Shown: positions 10,861 to 21,250 of the stretch, piece after piece
How positions within the stretch are numbered: position 1 is the first letter of the stretch
Layout: every line of letters starts with the position of its first letter
Source of the DNA: an uncultured Candidatus Rokubacteria bacterium
GTDB taxonomy: Bacteria; Methylomirabilota; Methylomirabilia; Rokubacteriales; DASRDR01
Reading direction: 5' to 3'
Assembly: GCA_963805625.1 (NCBI GenBank)
Contig: CAWDVE010000019.1
Location: 96,001-160,000, forward strand
Length of the DNA stretch: 64,000 nucleotides
The notes under the pieces: model-generated
Seen by the model: the letters and a program-made list of their open reading frames with translations, nothing else
Database searches by the model: none
What the model was told of the DNA's origin: nothing
Program-made: the position numbers and the translations under genes

Positions 10861-11736
10861 ATGACGCCGGCGGTCCTCGCCGAGTTCCTGCTCAACGGGC
10901 TCGTGCTGGGGGCGCTCTACGTCCTGATGGCCCTGGGGCTGTCGATCATCTTCGGGATGATCGGGGTCATCAACTTCGCCCACGGCGCGCTCTTCACGCT
11001 GGGCGCCTACGCGGCGTACCAGCTGCAGGGCGCGGTGGGCTTTCCCGCCACGCTCATCATCGCGCCGATCCTCGTCGGCATCCTGGGCATGCTGATCGAG
11101 GCGACGCTGCTGCGCCGACTCTACCTCGAGGACCCGCTCCAGGGCCTGCTGCTCACGTTCGGACTGGCCATGGTCCTGGAGCAGGGGATCCGACTCGTGT
11201 GGGGGCTGTCACCCAAGCAGTTCGACGTGCCTGCCGCGTTCGCGGGCGCGCTCAACCTCGGCGCGCTGACATACTCCAGGTACCGCAGTTTCATCCTCGC
11301 CGCCACGGGCGTCCTGATCGTGGGCCTGCTGCTGTTCCTCCACAAGACGCCGATCGGGACGATCGTCCGCGCGGGAAGTCGCGACCCGATGATGGTCCGC
11401 CTCCTCGGCATCAGCCTGAAGCCGGTTCTCACGCTCGTGTTCGGGCTCGGTGTATCGATCGCGGCATTGGCCGGCGTACTCTCGGCGCCGCTCGCCGGAG
11501 TTCAGCCGGCGATGGGTGTCAACGTCGGCACGGCGGCGTTCGTCGTCGTCACCATCGGTGGGCTCGGCAGCTTCCTCGGCGCTATCATCTCAGGTCTGCT
11601 CGTGGGCCAGGTGGTCAGCCTGAGCATCTACTTCCAGCCGCGCGTGGCAGAGGCATCGATGTACGTGCTCATGGCAGTAATTCTGCTCCTGCGACCGCGT
11701 GGGCTGATGGGCGAGCGTTGGGAAAAGTTCGAGTGA
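10861..11736 (+). CDS. Branched-chain ABC permease (LivH-like)
   Basis: GVINFAHG, IGGLGS, RPRGLMG. Confidence 0.9.
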   Translation: MTPAVLAEFLLNGLVLGALYVLMALGLSIIFGMIGVINFAHGALFTLGAYAAYQLQGAVGFPATLIIAPILVGILGMLIEATLLRRLYLEDPLQGLLLTFGLAMVLEQGIRLVWGLSPKQFDVPAAFAGALNLGALTYSRYRSFILAATGVLIVGLLLFLHKTPIGTIVRAGSRDPMMVRLLGISLKPVLTLVFGLGVSIAALAGVLSAPLAGVQPAMGVNVGTAAFVVVTIGGLGSFLGAIISGLLVGQVVSLSIYFQPRVAEASMYVLMAVILLLRPRGLMGERWEKFE

Positions 11737-14258
11737 TCGCCCGCGTCCTCCGCCACCCCCTGGCGTGGCTCTATGCCTGGTTCCTGATCATCCCGTTCCT
11801 GATGACCGCGGCGAAGTCGACGGTTTCGCTGGGGACGGAGATCGTGATCTTCACGCTGCTCGCCATCGCCTATAACATGTTGATGGGCTACACGGGGCTC
11901 GTCTCCTTCGGTCACAGCGCCTTCTTTGGCCTCGGGGGCTATGGGGCCGGTCTCGTGCAGCTCCACCTCGTCAAAGGTATGCTCGTCCCGCTGGTGGCCG
12001 GCGTCGTCGTCGCCACGCTGGCGGGGGCGGTGATCGGCTTCCTTCTGATGCGCAAGCGCGGCGTCTACTTCTCGCTTCTCACGCTCGCCTTTACCCAGAT
12101 GTTCTTCTATGTCGTCTACGGCGCGACCACCGTGACGGGCGGAGAGAACGGCCTCGGCGGCATCGAGCGCTTCCCCGTCGGCGTGGGCAGGCTCAGACTG
12201 GACCTTGGCGACCGGCGCGTCTACTACTACGCCACGGCGGTCGTGGTCGCCGTTGCCATCTGGCTGCTCTGGCGTGTCGTCCACTCACCCTTCGGGCGCG
12301 TGCTGCAGGCGATCCGCGAGAACGAGCAGCGCGCCAGCTTCGTCGGGTACGATGTCAAACGCTACAAGCTCGTCGCCTTCGTCGTCTCGTGCGCGTTCGT
12401 GGGGCTGGCGGGCGCCCTCTACACGTTCTTGTTGAACTTCGCCTACCCGGAGTCCCTGCACGTCACGATGGCGGGGGAGATCGCCGCGATGACCCTGGTC
12501 GGCGGCATGCGGAGCTTCGTCGGCCCGGCAGTGGGCGCGGCGGTGTTCGTGTTCATGCGGGACGCACTGTCGTCGTGGACGGAGAACTGGCTCGTCTACT
12601 TCGGCCTGATCTTCATCGCCTTCGTCATGTTCTCGCCCAACGGCATCGTCGGGGTGTTCCAACGCCTGCTCGGAATGCGGCAGCACGTTGAGCCCGCGCC
12701 TCTGGCGGTTACTTCGGCTCCGGGGCCCGAGGTGGTGGCTCGGGCGGCGGCTTCAGCGGACGGCGGCGCTTCTGCTAATGGTGGACAGCTTCTCGACGTG
12801 GAGCGCGTGACCAAGCATTTCGGCGGCCTCGCCGCGGTGAACGGTGCATCTTTCCGAGTGCGGCGCGGCGAGCTGCGCTCGGTCATTGGCCCGAACGGCG
12901 CGGGCAAGACGACGCTATTCAACGTGCTGACCGGCCTCCTCCCGGCGGACGGCGGCGTGGCCCGCTTCAACGGCGACGCCATCACCGGGCTGCCGCCGCA
13001 TCAGGTGGTGGCCCGCGGGGTATCGCGCTCCTTCCAGATCATCAGTGTCTTTCAGGCCCTCACCGTCTTCGAGAACGTCCGCATCGCGGTACAGGCCAAG
13101 CATCGCCAGCGCTTCGCGATGTTCGCCGACGCTCTTGGACTCGCCGACGTGAACGAGAAGGCCACCCGTCTGGTCCAGGCGGTGGGCCTCGCCGACCGTC
13201 TTGCGACCATTGCCGCCAACCTCTCCCACGGCGATCAGCGCCTCCTCGAGATCGCAATCGCGCTGGCCACCCGGCCCGAGCTGCTCCTGCTGGATGAGCC
13301 GCTGGCCGGCCTCTCCGCCTCCGACCGGACCCGCGTGGCCGAGCTGATCCGCACGCTCAGGCGCTCGACGACGATCGTCCTGATCGAACACGATATCGAC
13401 CAGGTGCTGGCGCTCTCCGACCGCATCACCGTGCTGCACCAGGGTCGCGTCATCGCCGAAGGCGGACCGGCGGAGATCCGGCAGAACCCCGAGGTGCAGA
13501 CGGCCTACCTCGGCCAGCTCAAGGTCGCGTCCGTGACGACCGTCGGCCGGAACCGCACGGCGTCAGCGCCACTGCTCAGCGTCGAAGGCGTGGACGCCTT
13601 CTACGGCAAGAGTCACGTGCTACACGGCGTATCGCTGGAGGTCTTCCCCGGCGAGGTTGTCTCCCTGCTCGGTCGCAACGGCGCCGGCAAGACGACGACG
13701 CTGGCAGCCATCACCGGCGTCGTTCCCCCGCGCCGGGGACGGATCAGATATCGCGATCTCGAGGTCGCCGGCCGGCCGCCCGAAGAGATCGCCCGGATGG
13801 GCGTCGGTCTCGTCCCGCAGGGCCGCCGGATCTTTCCGAACCTCACGCTACTCGAGAACCTCCAGATCGCGCGGCGCGGTTCCGGGACGTGGACTCTGGA
13901 GCGCGTCTTTACGACGTTCCCCAGGCTCGCCCAGCTCCGCGACGCACGCGGCGCCACGCTCTCTGGCGGCGAGCTCCAACTCCTGGCCATCGCCCGCGCC
14001 CTCATGGGGAACGTCGAGCTGCTGCTTCTCGACGAACCCTTCGAAGGCCTCGCCCCCACCATCATCGAGACCGTCTGGAACGTCCTCCACGCCATCAAGG
14101 GTGAGACCACGCTCCTGCTCGTCGAGCAGAACGCCGACCTCGCGCTGGCGTTGTCCGACCGCGCTTACGTCATCAACAATGGGTCGATCGCGTGGACAGG
14201 GGAGGCGCGGATGCTGCGGGGGGAGGAGGCGCTGCGAGTGCGGCTACTGGGGGTGTGA
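11733..14258 (+). CDS. Fused LivM permease + LivG ATPase + LivF ATPase
   Basis: GYTGLVSFGH permease followed by two ABC domains (GPNGAGKT...LLDEP; GRNGAGKT...LSGGE...LLDEP) in one frame; GTG start overlaps the livH stop. Confidence 0.88.
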   Translation: MIARVLRHPLAWLYAWFLIIPFLMTAAKSTVSLGTEIVIFTLLAIAYNMLMGYTGLVSFGHSAFFGLGGYGAGLVQLHLVKGMLVPLVAGVVVATLAGAVIGFLLMRKRGVYFSLLTLAFTQMFFYVVYGATTVTGGENGLGGIERFPVGVGRLRLDLGDRRVYYYATAVVVAVAIWLLWRVVHSPFGRVLQAIRENEQRASFVGYDVKRYKLVAFVVSCAFVGLAGALYTFLLNFAYPESLHVTMAGEIAAMTLVGGMRSFVGPAVGAAVFVFMRDALSSWTENWLVYFGLIFIAFVMFSPNGIVGVFQRLLGMRQHVEPAPLAVTSAPGPEVVARAAASADGGASANGGQLLDVERVTKHFGGLAAVNGASFRVRRGELRSVIGPNGAGKTTLFNVLTGLLPADGGVARFNGDAITGLPPHQVVARGVSRSFQIISVFQALTVFENVRIAVQAKHRQRFAMFADALGLADVNEKATRLVQAVGLADRLATIAANLSHGDQRLLEIAIALATRPELLLLDEPLAGLSASDRTRVAELIRTLRRSTTIVLIEHDIDQVLALSDRITVLHQGRVIAEGGPAEIRQNPEVQTAYLGQLKVASVTTVGRNRTASAPLLSVEGVDAFYGKSHVLHGVSLEVFPGEVVSLLGRNGAGKTTTLAAITGVVPPRRGRIRYRDLEVAGRPPEEIARMGVGLVPQGRRIFPNLTLLENLQIARRGSGTWTLERVFTTFPRLAQLRDARGATLSGGELQLLAIARALMGNVELLLLDEPFEGLAPTIIETVWNVLHAIKGETTLLLVEQNADLALALSDRAYVINNGSIAWTGEARMLRGEEALRVRLLGV

Positions 14259-14424
14259 GACACCCTGTGTCAACCTCCCGCGCCTTGGACAGCCAGCAGC
14301 GGTCATGATTGTCCTCCCTCGTGTCTTGCGAGCTTTCAGTTGCCGATGAAGGGATTCGGTTCTTCCACGAAGGTGGTACCCGAGAGCGCGTACTCAACAT
14401 AAAGCTTCTTCTCGGGTGGCACCC

Positions 14425-14471
14425 GTCGTGCCCCGAGCGTGGGCGTCCTCAGGTGAGGGTAGGGAGACGCG
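14425..14471. repeat. Dispersed intergenic repeat, copy 2
   Basis: Near-identical to 720-765. Confidence 0.55.
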
Positions 14472-14479
14472 ATCCGTCA

Positions 14480-14680
14480 CAGAGGTCCAGGAGCCACCCG
14501 AGCCGAGCGATACACAACCACCGGCCGGCGGCCCAGGCCTCGTTCTCAGAGCCGTTCAGGTTGTCCCGGAGGAGGTAATAGGTCCGGAACTCGACGAGCA
14601 GCTCGGTGTCGCGGAGGAAGGGCGGCTGGGAGCCCAGGGACTCCTTCAGCCGCGGGAGGAACGTCTTACGCCCCGCTGCT
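14480..14680 (-). pseudogene. OprD-like outer membrane porin N-terminal remnant
   Basis: PPFLRDTELLVEFRTYYLLRDNLNGSENEAWAAG...GWLLD resembles the first strands of OprD-family porins; truncated. Confidence 0.4.
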
Positions 14681-15015
14681 GTCCGTTGCCTGAGATCCAA
14701 GAAAGAAAGCGCGGCATGAACGGGTTGGCTCAAGGCTGGCCTCTGGCCCACGTGAAGTCGCTGCGTCACAGCGACGCACCACGGCCGTCTTGTCGCTCGG
14801 GCGTCTCGCGGCACGGCGGCTCGCCAGTCAGCGGCAACTGGGTGAGATGTAAGGTCTTGTACTCGGTCGCGCCGATGTCGGCTCGATCGCAGGGCGGGTG
14901 CCGAGCCGGCTGGCTTCGCTCTTGCTTTCCCGTATGTTCTACGGTTCAACGGCCCTGGACATGACCGAAGCCGGTTCCGTCGACAGGGTGGTCTGGGGGC
15001 CGAGGAGGTGCCCGC

Positions 15016-16488
15016 ATGGCCAGAAGCGCCACGAGATCGGCCACCGCCGTCGGTTCGCGGGATCGACGGTCACCGGCGAGGGCGAAGGGACGCGCCCTGA
15101 TCAGCGTCAACCCCGCGACCGGCGAGACGCTCGCGACCTACGAGCCGCTGGATGACGCCCAGGTCGAGGGTAAGCTCGCGAAGGCCGCGGCGGCCTTCCG
15201 TGACCATCGCCAGACATCGTTCGCCGAGCGGGCGCGGCTCCTGACCCGCGTCGCAGACATCCTCGACGAGGAGCGCGAAGCGCTCGGGCGGCTCATGACG
15301 CTCGAGATGGGCAAGCCCACACGCGGGGCCACCGAGGAAGCCGCCAAGTGCGCGTGGGCATGCCGCTTTTACGCCGAGCATGCCGAGGCGATGCTGGCCG
15401 ACGAGCCGGTCCAGACGAACGCGACGAAAAGCTTCATCCGCTACCAGCCGATGGGGCCGGTGCTCGCGATCATGCCGTGGAACTTTCCCTTCTGGCAGGT
15501 CTTCCGCTTTGCCGCCCCGGCACTGATGGCGGGCAATGTCGGCCTCCTGAAGCACGCGGCGAACGTGCCGCAGTGCGCGCTCGCGATCGAAGATGTCCTC
15601 CACCGCGCGAACGCACCCGATGGCGTGTTTCAGACCTTGCTGATCCAGAACGACCAAGTCTCTAAGGTGCTCGACGATGACCGCGTGGTGGCGGCGACGC
15701 TGACCGGCGGGGAGCGTGCCGGCCGTGCGGTGGCCGAGCGCGCGGCGACACGCCTTAAGAAGACCGTCCTCGAGCTGGGCGGCAGCGATCCGTTCATCGT
15801 CATGCCGAGCGCGGACCTCGATGAAGCGGTGCGCACTGCCGTGAAGGCGCGCATGATCAACAATGGGCAATCGTGCATCGCCGCCAAGCGCTTTATCGTG
15901 GCCGAAGCGATCGCGGACGAGTTCGAGCGGCGCTTCGTCCAGGCCGTTCAGGCGCTCCGCGTCGGCGACCCGCTCGATCCTGCCATCGACGTCGGCCCGC
16001 TCGCGACGCCGGAGATCCTGAGAGGGCTCGACGACCAGGTGAGGCGCTCGGTACGCGCGGGAGCTCGGGTGCTGACGGGCGGACGGCGCCTCGAGCGCCC
16101 GGGAAATTTCTACTTGCCGACGATCCTCCGCGACGTGACCGAGAGGGCGCCCGCCTATCACGAGGAGCTGTTTGGCCCGGTCGCCGTTCTGTTCCGTGTC
16201 CCGGACGCCGACGAGGCGCTGCGGATCGCGAACGACACGCCCTTCGGTCTAGGCTCCAGCGTGTGGACCCAGGACGTGGCGGAGCGTGACCGTTTCGTGG
16301 ACGACATCGAAGCGGGGATGGTGTTCGTCAACGGCATGGTCGCGTCCGACCCCCGGCTCCCCTTCGGCGGCGTGAAGCGGTCCGGGTATGGGCGCGAGCT
16401 CGGCGAGTACGGACCCAAGGAGTTCATGAACATCAAGACCGTCTGGATGAATGGCGACTCGCGCCGCGATCCGAGCGGGACGGAATGA
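15016..16488 (+). CDS. NAD(P)-dependent succinate-semialdehyde dehydrogenase-like aldehyde dehydrogenase (start uncertain)
   Basis: NPATGE, IMPWNFP, LELGGSDP, NGQSC, EELFGP, PFGGVKRSGYGRE. Confidence 0.9.
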   Translation: MARSATRSATAVGSRDRRSPARAKGRALISVNPATGETLATYEPLDDAQVEGKLAKAAAAFRDHRQTSFAERARLLTRVADILDEEREALGRLMTLEMGKPTRGATEEAAKCAWACRFYAEHAEAMLADEPVQTNATKSFIRYQPMGPVLAIMPWNFPFWQVFRFAAPALMAGNVGLLKHAANVPQCALAIEDVLHRANAPDGVFQTLLIQNDQVSKVLDDDRVVAATLTGGERAGRAVAERAATRLKKTVLELGGSDPFIVMPSADLDEAVRTAVKARMINNGQSCIAAKRFIVAEAIADEFERRFVQAVQALRVGDPLDPAIDVGPLATPEILRGLDDQVRRSVRAGARVLTGGRRLERPGNFYLPTILRDVTERAPAYHEELFGPVAVLFRVPDADEALRIANDTPFGLGSSVWTQDVAERDRFVDDIEAGMVFVNGMVASDPRLPFGGVKRSGYGRELGEYGPKEFMNIKTVWMNGDSRRDPSGTE

Positions 16489-16817
16489 AGGAGGACGGTG
16501 TCATGGCGGACAGGATCGACGTCGAAGAGGCCCGGGACAAGGTCACGGAGGGCGAGGCCCTGCTCGTGTGCGCGTACGAGGACGATTCGAAGTGCGACCG
16601 CATCAAGCTCGAGGGGGCGATCGCTCTCACCGAGTTCCGGATGCTTGCGGAGTCGCTACCGAGGGACAAGGAGATCATCTTCTATTGTGCCTGACCCGCG
16701 GAGGCGTCGGCCGCCAGTTTGGCGGACCGTTATCGCGCGAAGGGCTTCACGCGGACGAAGGCGCTGCGGGGCGGCGTCGAGGCCTGGCAGCACGCGGGGT
16801 ATCCGATGGCTGCCTAG
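16485..16817 (+). CDS. Rhodanese-like selenoprotein (CxU), UGA at 16692-16694
   Basis: IIFYCA-UGA-PAEASAA...ALRGGVEAWQHAGYP continues in frame and completes the rhodanese fold; SECIS-like hairpin at 16708-16729. Confidence 0.8.
16708..16729 (+). promoter_or_regulatory. Putative bacterial SECIS element
   Basis: CCGCCA-GUU-UGGCGG stem-loop shortly after the in-frame UGA, G in the loop. Confidence 0.6.
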
Positions 16818-16912
16818 CGACAAGAGCGCAGACGTCGGAGGATCGAGGGCTTGCCGTCCGAGGGCAGGACTTCCGCGCGGCGGCCGAGTTCACCGTGGCG
16901 GCGGGCTAAGTA

Positions 16913-17109
16913 GGCGAAACGGGACAACCGCCGCTCTCCGCAATGGCAAGAGCTGGAGCATCGGCCAGCCCTACGGCGCCTCCAACAGCTGGGTGTGGAC
17001 CCCCACCCAAGCAGGAACCTACGCGCTTCGGGTCTGGGTCCGACAGGCAGGTTCCAGCATCAGCTACCACGCGTGGGCCGGGAGCGGTTTCTTCGCCGCC
17101 GGGCCTTGA
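16913..17109 (+). pseudogene. Ig-like beta-sandwich (Y_Y_Y-like) remnant of a surface protein
   Basis: WSIGQPYGASNSWVWTPTQAGTYALRVWVRQAGSS; no start. Confidence 0.45.
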
Positions 17110-17312
17110 GCCGAGCAGGTCCCACGCCCCTCCCGGATTGCGCCCGGGGGCCTTTCGACAAGGCGGCGACCCGCAATGCTGCCACGGCGTCCACCGATGC
17201 CTCCTCCCGGCTTCGGTAGGGTCCCGGTCACCGGGAGACGGGGGTACGGTGCCGGTCGACGCTTTCGCCCAGCCTCGACCCCCGGCCACCCAAGTCGGCA
17301 GCCAGGGGCGGG

Positions 17313-17575
17313 TCAGCGGAGGTCGGCGATGAACTCCAGGAGCAGGCGGTTGACCTCGTCGGGCCGCTCCTGCTTGGTCCAGTGGGAGCAGCGCCGGATG
17401 TTCTCCGTGCGAAGGCCAGGGATCCACCTCGGCATGGGCTCGGCCAGGGCCGGCCGGAGGATCGGATCGTTGTCGGCCGTGATCACGAGCGTCGGCACTC
17501 GGATCGTCGGGTCGGCGATCCGGCGCGCGTCCTCCCAGTTCAGGTCCAGCGCCCGGTACCAGTTGAACGACCCGC
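17313..17575 (-). pseudogene. Epoxide hydrolase-type alpha/beta hydrolase C-terminal remnant
   Basis: NWYRAL...VPTLVITADNDPIL...CSHWTKQERPDEVNRLLLEF. Confidence 0.7.
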
Positions 17576-18110
17576 GCGTCCCCGAGCTCGGCCTCCGACC
17601 GGTTGGGGGCCTGGTGCCACAGCATGTTAGTAGCCACTTTCGCCGAACCGCTCGCGGAGCGCCTGGGTCGGCGGCATCGGCCCCGGGGGTGCGAACCGCG
17701 GACTCCACCAGCACCGCCACCGCCCAGTGTGCGAAGTGGTCGAGGACCCCCCAGGTGCTGCGCTCGCGCGCGTACCCGTCCAGGTAGGCCTGCCACTCCG
17801 CGGTCGCCATCGGCCACCGGTACCAGGTCCGGGCGAGGTCGTGGTCGCCGACGTAGATCCGAAGGTCCTCGGTGTCACGATCTGGATGACACCCTCCCGG
17901 AGGCGCCCAGGGTGGGGGCCGAGGGCGCGCGATGACCAAGAGTGCGTTTGCGGCGCCTGCATTCTGTTCCCCGAGACGTAATTTGCTAGAATGTCGGCTC
18001 ATGCCGGTGGCTCACACGGTGTTCGTCCACGTCACGCGCGTACCGGCGTGTGGCATCTCGGCAACGGGCGCGGCGGCCGGCGGCGTCTTGCCGCGAGGCA
18101 CGACGCGACC

Positions 18111-19715
18111 GTGAAGCCCGCCGCCGACGTCGTCGAGGGGCTCCGTCTCCTGGTGCGGCTCCCGGGGCTTGTCCGTACCGCCATTTCCCGCGAAGACGCC
18201 GAGGCGGCGCTCCGCGGTCGGCTCGAGCGACGCGAGGCCGATTTCCTGGCGCTGGTCCGTCGCGGGGTCTACGAGAATCCGGCGAGCCCGTTCAGGAGTC
18301 TCCTGGCTCACGCGGGTTGCGAGCCAGGCGATCTCGCCCGGCTGGTGTGGGCGAACGGCGTCGAGGGCGCGCTCCGCACGCTCCTGCGGGCCGGAGTGTA
18401 CGTCACGGTGGACGAGCTGAAGGGGCGATGCCCGATCGTCCGTGGGTCCCTGACGTGCACGGCGAGTCCCGAATCTTTCCGCAATCCGCGGGCGCGCGCG
18501 GACATCCTTACCACGAGCGGGGGGAGTCGAGGACCCCGAACGCGTGTGCACCAGGACCTCGCCTTCGTGTGGGAAGGCGTGACGAACCTCCTACTGACGC
18601 TCGACGCGCGCGGGGGTCTCGGCTGGCGCTTCGCGGTGTGGGGTGTGCCCGGCGGCGTCGCCTTCCAGCAGCTCCTCGCTCTGGCGGTGATCGCCCGCGA
18701 TCCTCCGCAGTTCTTCTCGAGACTGGATTCGCGCACCGAGCGCGAGCTGCTTCGACGTTACCGGTGGAGCTTGCGGTTGCTACAGGCCGTCGGACGGCTC
18801 GCCGGACGCCGGTTCCCGCGTCCGCTCCAGGCGCCACTGGCAGATCCGGCCCCCTTGATCCGCTGGTTCGACGCCATTCGGGCGCGCGGCGAGACGCCGC
18901 ACGCCCAGGTCTACGCCAGCACCGGCGTGCGACTCGCCGAGGCGGCCGCCCGCATGGGAACCGACCTTCGCGGAGTGAAGTTCTTCTTGACCGGGGAGCC
19001 CATCACGCCCGCCCGCCGTGCCGCCATCGAGCGAAGCGGCGGGGAGGCCCTGCCTCGCATGGGAAACACCGAGCTGGGGACGGTCGTCGCCAGCGGGTGC
19101 CTCGCTCCCGACGGGTGTGACGAGATGCACGTCCTGCACGACATGCAGGCCGTGATCCAGCCGGCGGACGACGGTAGGCCGGGGCTCACGCCGCGGACGC
19201 TCCTGGCCTCGTCCATCCGACCGCAGGCGCCCCTCGTTCTCTTGAACGCCTCTCTCGGCGACGTCGGAACGCTGTCCGAGCGAGCGTGCCACTGTCCGAT
19301 GGCCGTCCTCGGCTGGACGCTGCACCTGTCAGAGGTCCGGAGCCACGAGAAGCTGACCGCCGGCGGGATGACCATCCACGATTCCGACCTGATCCGGGTA
19401 CTGGAAGAAGTGCTTCCCGCCCGCTTCGGCGGAGGGCCGCTCGACTACCAGCTCGTGGAGGAAGAAACCGCCGCCGGTGACCCCGCCCTCAGCCTCCGCG
19501 TTCATCCGGCGGTCGGCCCCCTCGATCCGAGAGCCGTGGCGAATGCCTTCCTCGACGCCATCGGCCACGGTCGGGGTTTCGAGCGGGTGATGAGCGAGAC
19601 CTGGCGGGAGGCCGGCTTTGTGCGGGTCGAGCGTCGCGCGCCCGTGGCCACCCCCGGGGGCAAGGTCCAGCATCGTCACTCCGCGGGCCGACATCCCGTG
19701 TCGTCGGGCACCTGA
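18111..19715 (+). CDS. Hypothetical protein, distant phenylacetate-CoA ligase/adenylate-forming superfamily
   Basis: TSGGSRG P-loop-like motif, FLTGEP, LLNASLGD, KLTAGG, TPGGKV. Confidence 0.6.
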   Translation: MKPAADVVEGLRLLVRLPGLVRTAISREDAEAALRGRLERREADFLALVRRGVYENPASPFRSLLAHAGCEPGDLARLVWANGVEGALRTLLRAGVYVTVDELKGRCPIVRGSLTCTASPESFRNPRARADILTTSGGSRGPRTRVHQDLAFVWEGVTNLLLTLDARGGLGWRFAVWGVPGGVAFQQLLALAVIARDPPQFFSRLDSRTERELLRRYRWSLRLLQAVGRLAGRRFPRPLQAPLADPAPLIRWFDAIRARGETPHAQVYASTGVRLAEAAARMGTDLRGVKFFLTGEPITPARRAAIERSGGEALPRMGNTELGTVVASGCLAPDGCDEMHVLHDMQAVIQPADDGRPGLTPRTLLASSIRPQAPLVLLNASLGDVGTLSERACHCPMAVLGWTLHLSEVRSHEKLTAGGMTIHDSDLIRVLEEVLPARFGGGPLDYQLVEEETAAGDPALSLRVHPAVGPLDPRAVANAFLDAIGHGRGFERVMSETWREAGFVRVERRAPVATPGGKVQHRHSAGRHPVSSGT

Positions 19716-19716
19716 C

Positions 19717-20736
19717 ATGCTCCGGGCGGCGCACCGAGGCTCTCGGCGCGGCGCCCTGCCTGTGGCGCTCGCGCTGACCGCCATCGTGATCGCACTCCTC
19801 CCGGCGTCGGCCCTGGCCCAATCGGGAGGGCTCCGTGCACCGCTCCGCCTCGGCTGGACCCTCACGGGCGGCGTGCAGCAACTCCCCATGTACCTCGCCG
19901 CCGAGGGCTTCTTCGCCGAGGAGGGGCTCGACGTCCAGGTCGTGAGCCTTTCCAGCGGGAGCCGGGTGATGGCGGCGCTCGCCGCCGGATCGGTGGACGT
20001 GGCCATGTCCAGTCTCGACGCCGTGGTCACCGTCATCGGCGCCGGGCATCCGATCCGCGTGTTCTATGCTCCGAGAACGGCCGTGGGTTTCGTGTGGTAC
20101 ACCCGCCCCGGTATCAGCGGCTGGAAGGACCTCAAGGGTCGCACGGTCGCCATCTCGAGCTTCGGCTCCCTCACGGACGTTCTCACGCGGTTCGCCTTGA
20201 AGCGCCATGGCCTGAGTCCTGGCGTGGACGTGAACATGATCCAGTTGGCGGAGTCCGCGACGCGGATGGCCGCGCTCCGGGCCGGTCGGGTGGACGCCAT
20301 CATCGTTTCCCCTCCGCTCAACTACTCCGCGGAGGAGCTTGGGCTTTCCTTGCTCGACACCCAGCAGACGGCGATCGGTGAGCTGTGGCCCCAGGGGGTC
20401 TTCGCCGCACGCGAGCGCCTCTTGGCGGAGCAACCGGGTTCGCTTCGGGCCCTGCTTCGAGCGTACATCCGCGGCGTGCGCCGAGCCCGTGCCGAGCGCG
20501 GGGCCTCGGTCGAGGTCATGATGACTCAGGGGAAGTTCTCGCGCGCCCACGCCGAGCGCCTCTACGCCGAGGCTCTCCCGACCCTTGACGAGCGCGGCGA
20601 CCCTCCGCCTCGCGCCATGACCGCCTTCTGGGGGATGCTGGCGGCGTCCGGCGAGATCTCGGAGCCCTGGCCCGAGGCACGATTTCTCGACCGACGCTTC
20701 ATCGATACCTTCGCTGAGTGGGCTCCTCCGCGCTGA
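19717..20736 (+). CDS. ABC substrate-binding protein (NMT1/THI5/SsuA-like)
   Basis: Signal peptide; GFFAEEGLDV; DLKGRTVAISSFGS. Confidence 0.85.
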   Translation: MLRAAHRGSRRGALPVALALTAIVIALLPASALAQSGGLRAPLRLGWTLTGGVQQLPMYLAAEGFFAEEGLDVQVVSLSSGSRVMAALAAGSVDVAMSSLDAVVTVIGAGHPIRVFYAPRTAVGFVWYTRPGISGWKDLKGRTVAISSFGSLTDVLTRFALKRHGLSPGVDVNMIQLAESATRMAALRAGRVDAIIVSPPLNYSAEELGLSLLDTQQTAIGELWPQGVFAARERLLAEQPGSLRALLRAYIRGVRRARAERGASVEVMMTQGKFSRAHAERLYAEALPTLDERGDPPPRAMTAFWGMLAASGEISEPWPEARFLDRRFIDTFAEWAPPR

Positions 20737-20749
20737 CCCCTGACCGCCG

Positions 20750-21224
20750 GTGGCCCACCTCGAGCTCGATCGCGTCCGGCTCGCCTTTCCACCGGGCGCT
20801 CCGGGCGCAGTCCCCGGTGCCGATCGCCACCGGCGAGGTGCTCACGCGGCGGCAGGCCTTCGAGCCGTGGATCAGGGAGGGCGCCGCCGACATCCTGCAG
20901 CCGGACGTGACGATCTGCGGGGGGCTGTCCGAGGCGCGCCAGATCTGGCAGGCGGCGTCCGACCGCGGGATCCGCCTGGTCATGCACGGCTGGAACACGG
21001 CGGTCGGCGCCGCCGCGGACCTGCAGCTCACTGCCTCGATGCCGAACGGGAGGTTCCTCGAGTACTGGCACCCGGCCCCCTACGTGAGCGGGATCCTGCG
21101 GACACCGCTGGTCCTCGACGAAACGGGGCTCCTGCCGGTGCCCGATCGTCCGGGGCTGGGAATCGAGATCGACCTGGAGGCGGTGCGCGCCTGCCGGCGC
21201 GGCGCCGAGGACTTCGGGGGGTAG
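20750..21224 (+). pseudogene. Deletion junction: ABC ATPase start (MAHLELDRVRLAF) joined to a mandelate racemase/enolase-family C-terminal half
   Basis: PVPIATGE, DILQPDVTICGG, PDRPGLGIEID present; N-terminal half missing. Confidence 0.7.
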
Positions 21225-21250
21225 GGGACCGAGGAGGCGGACACCGCGGC

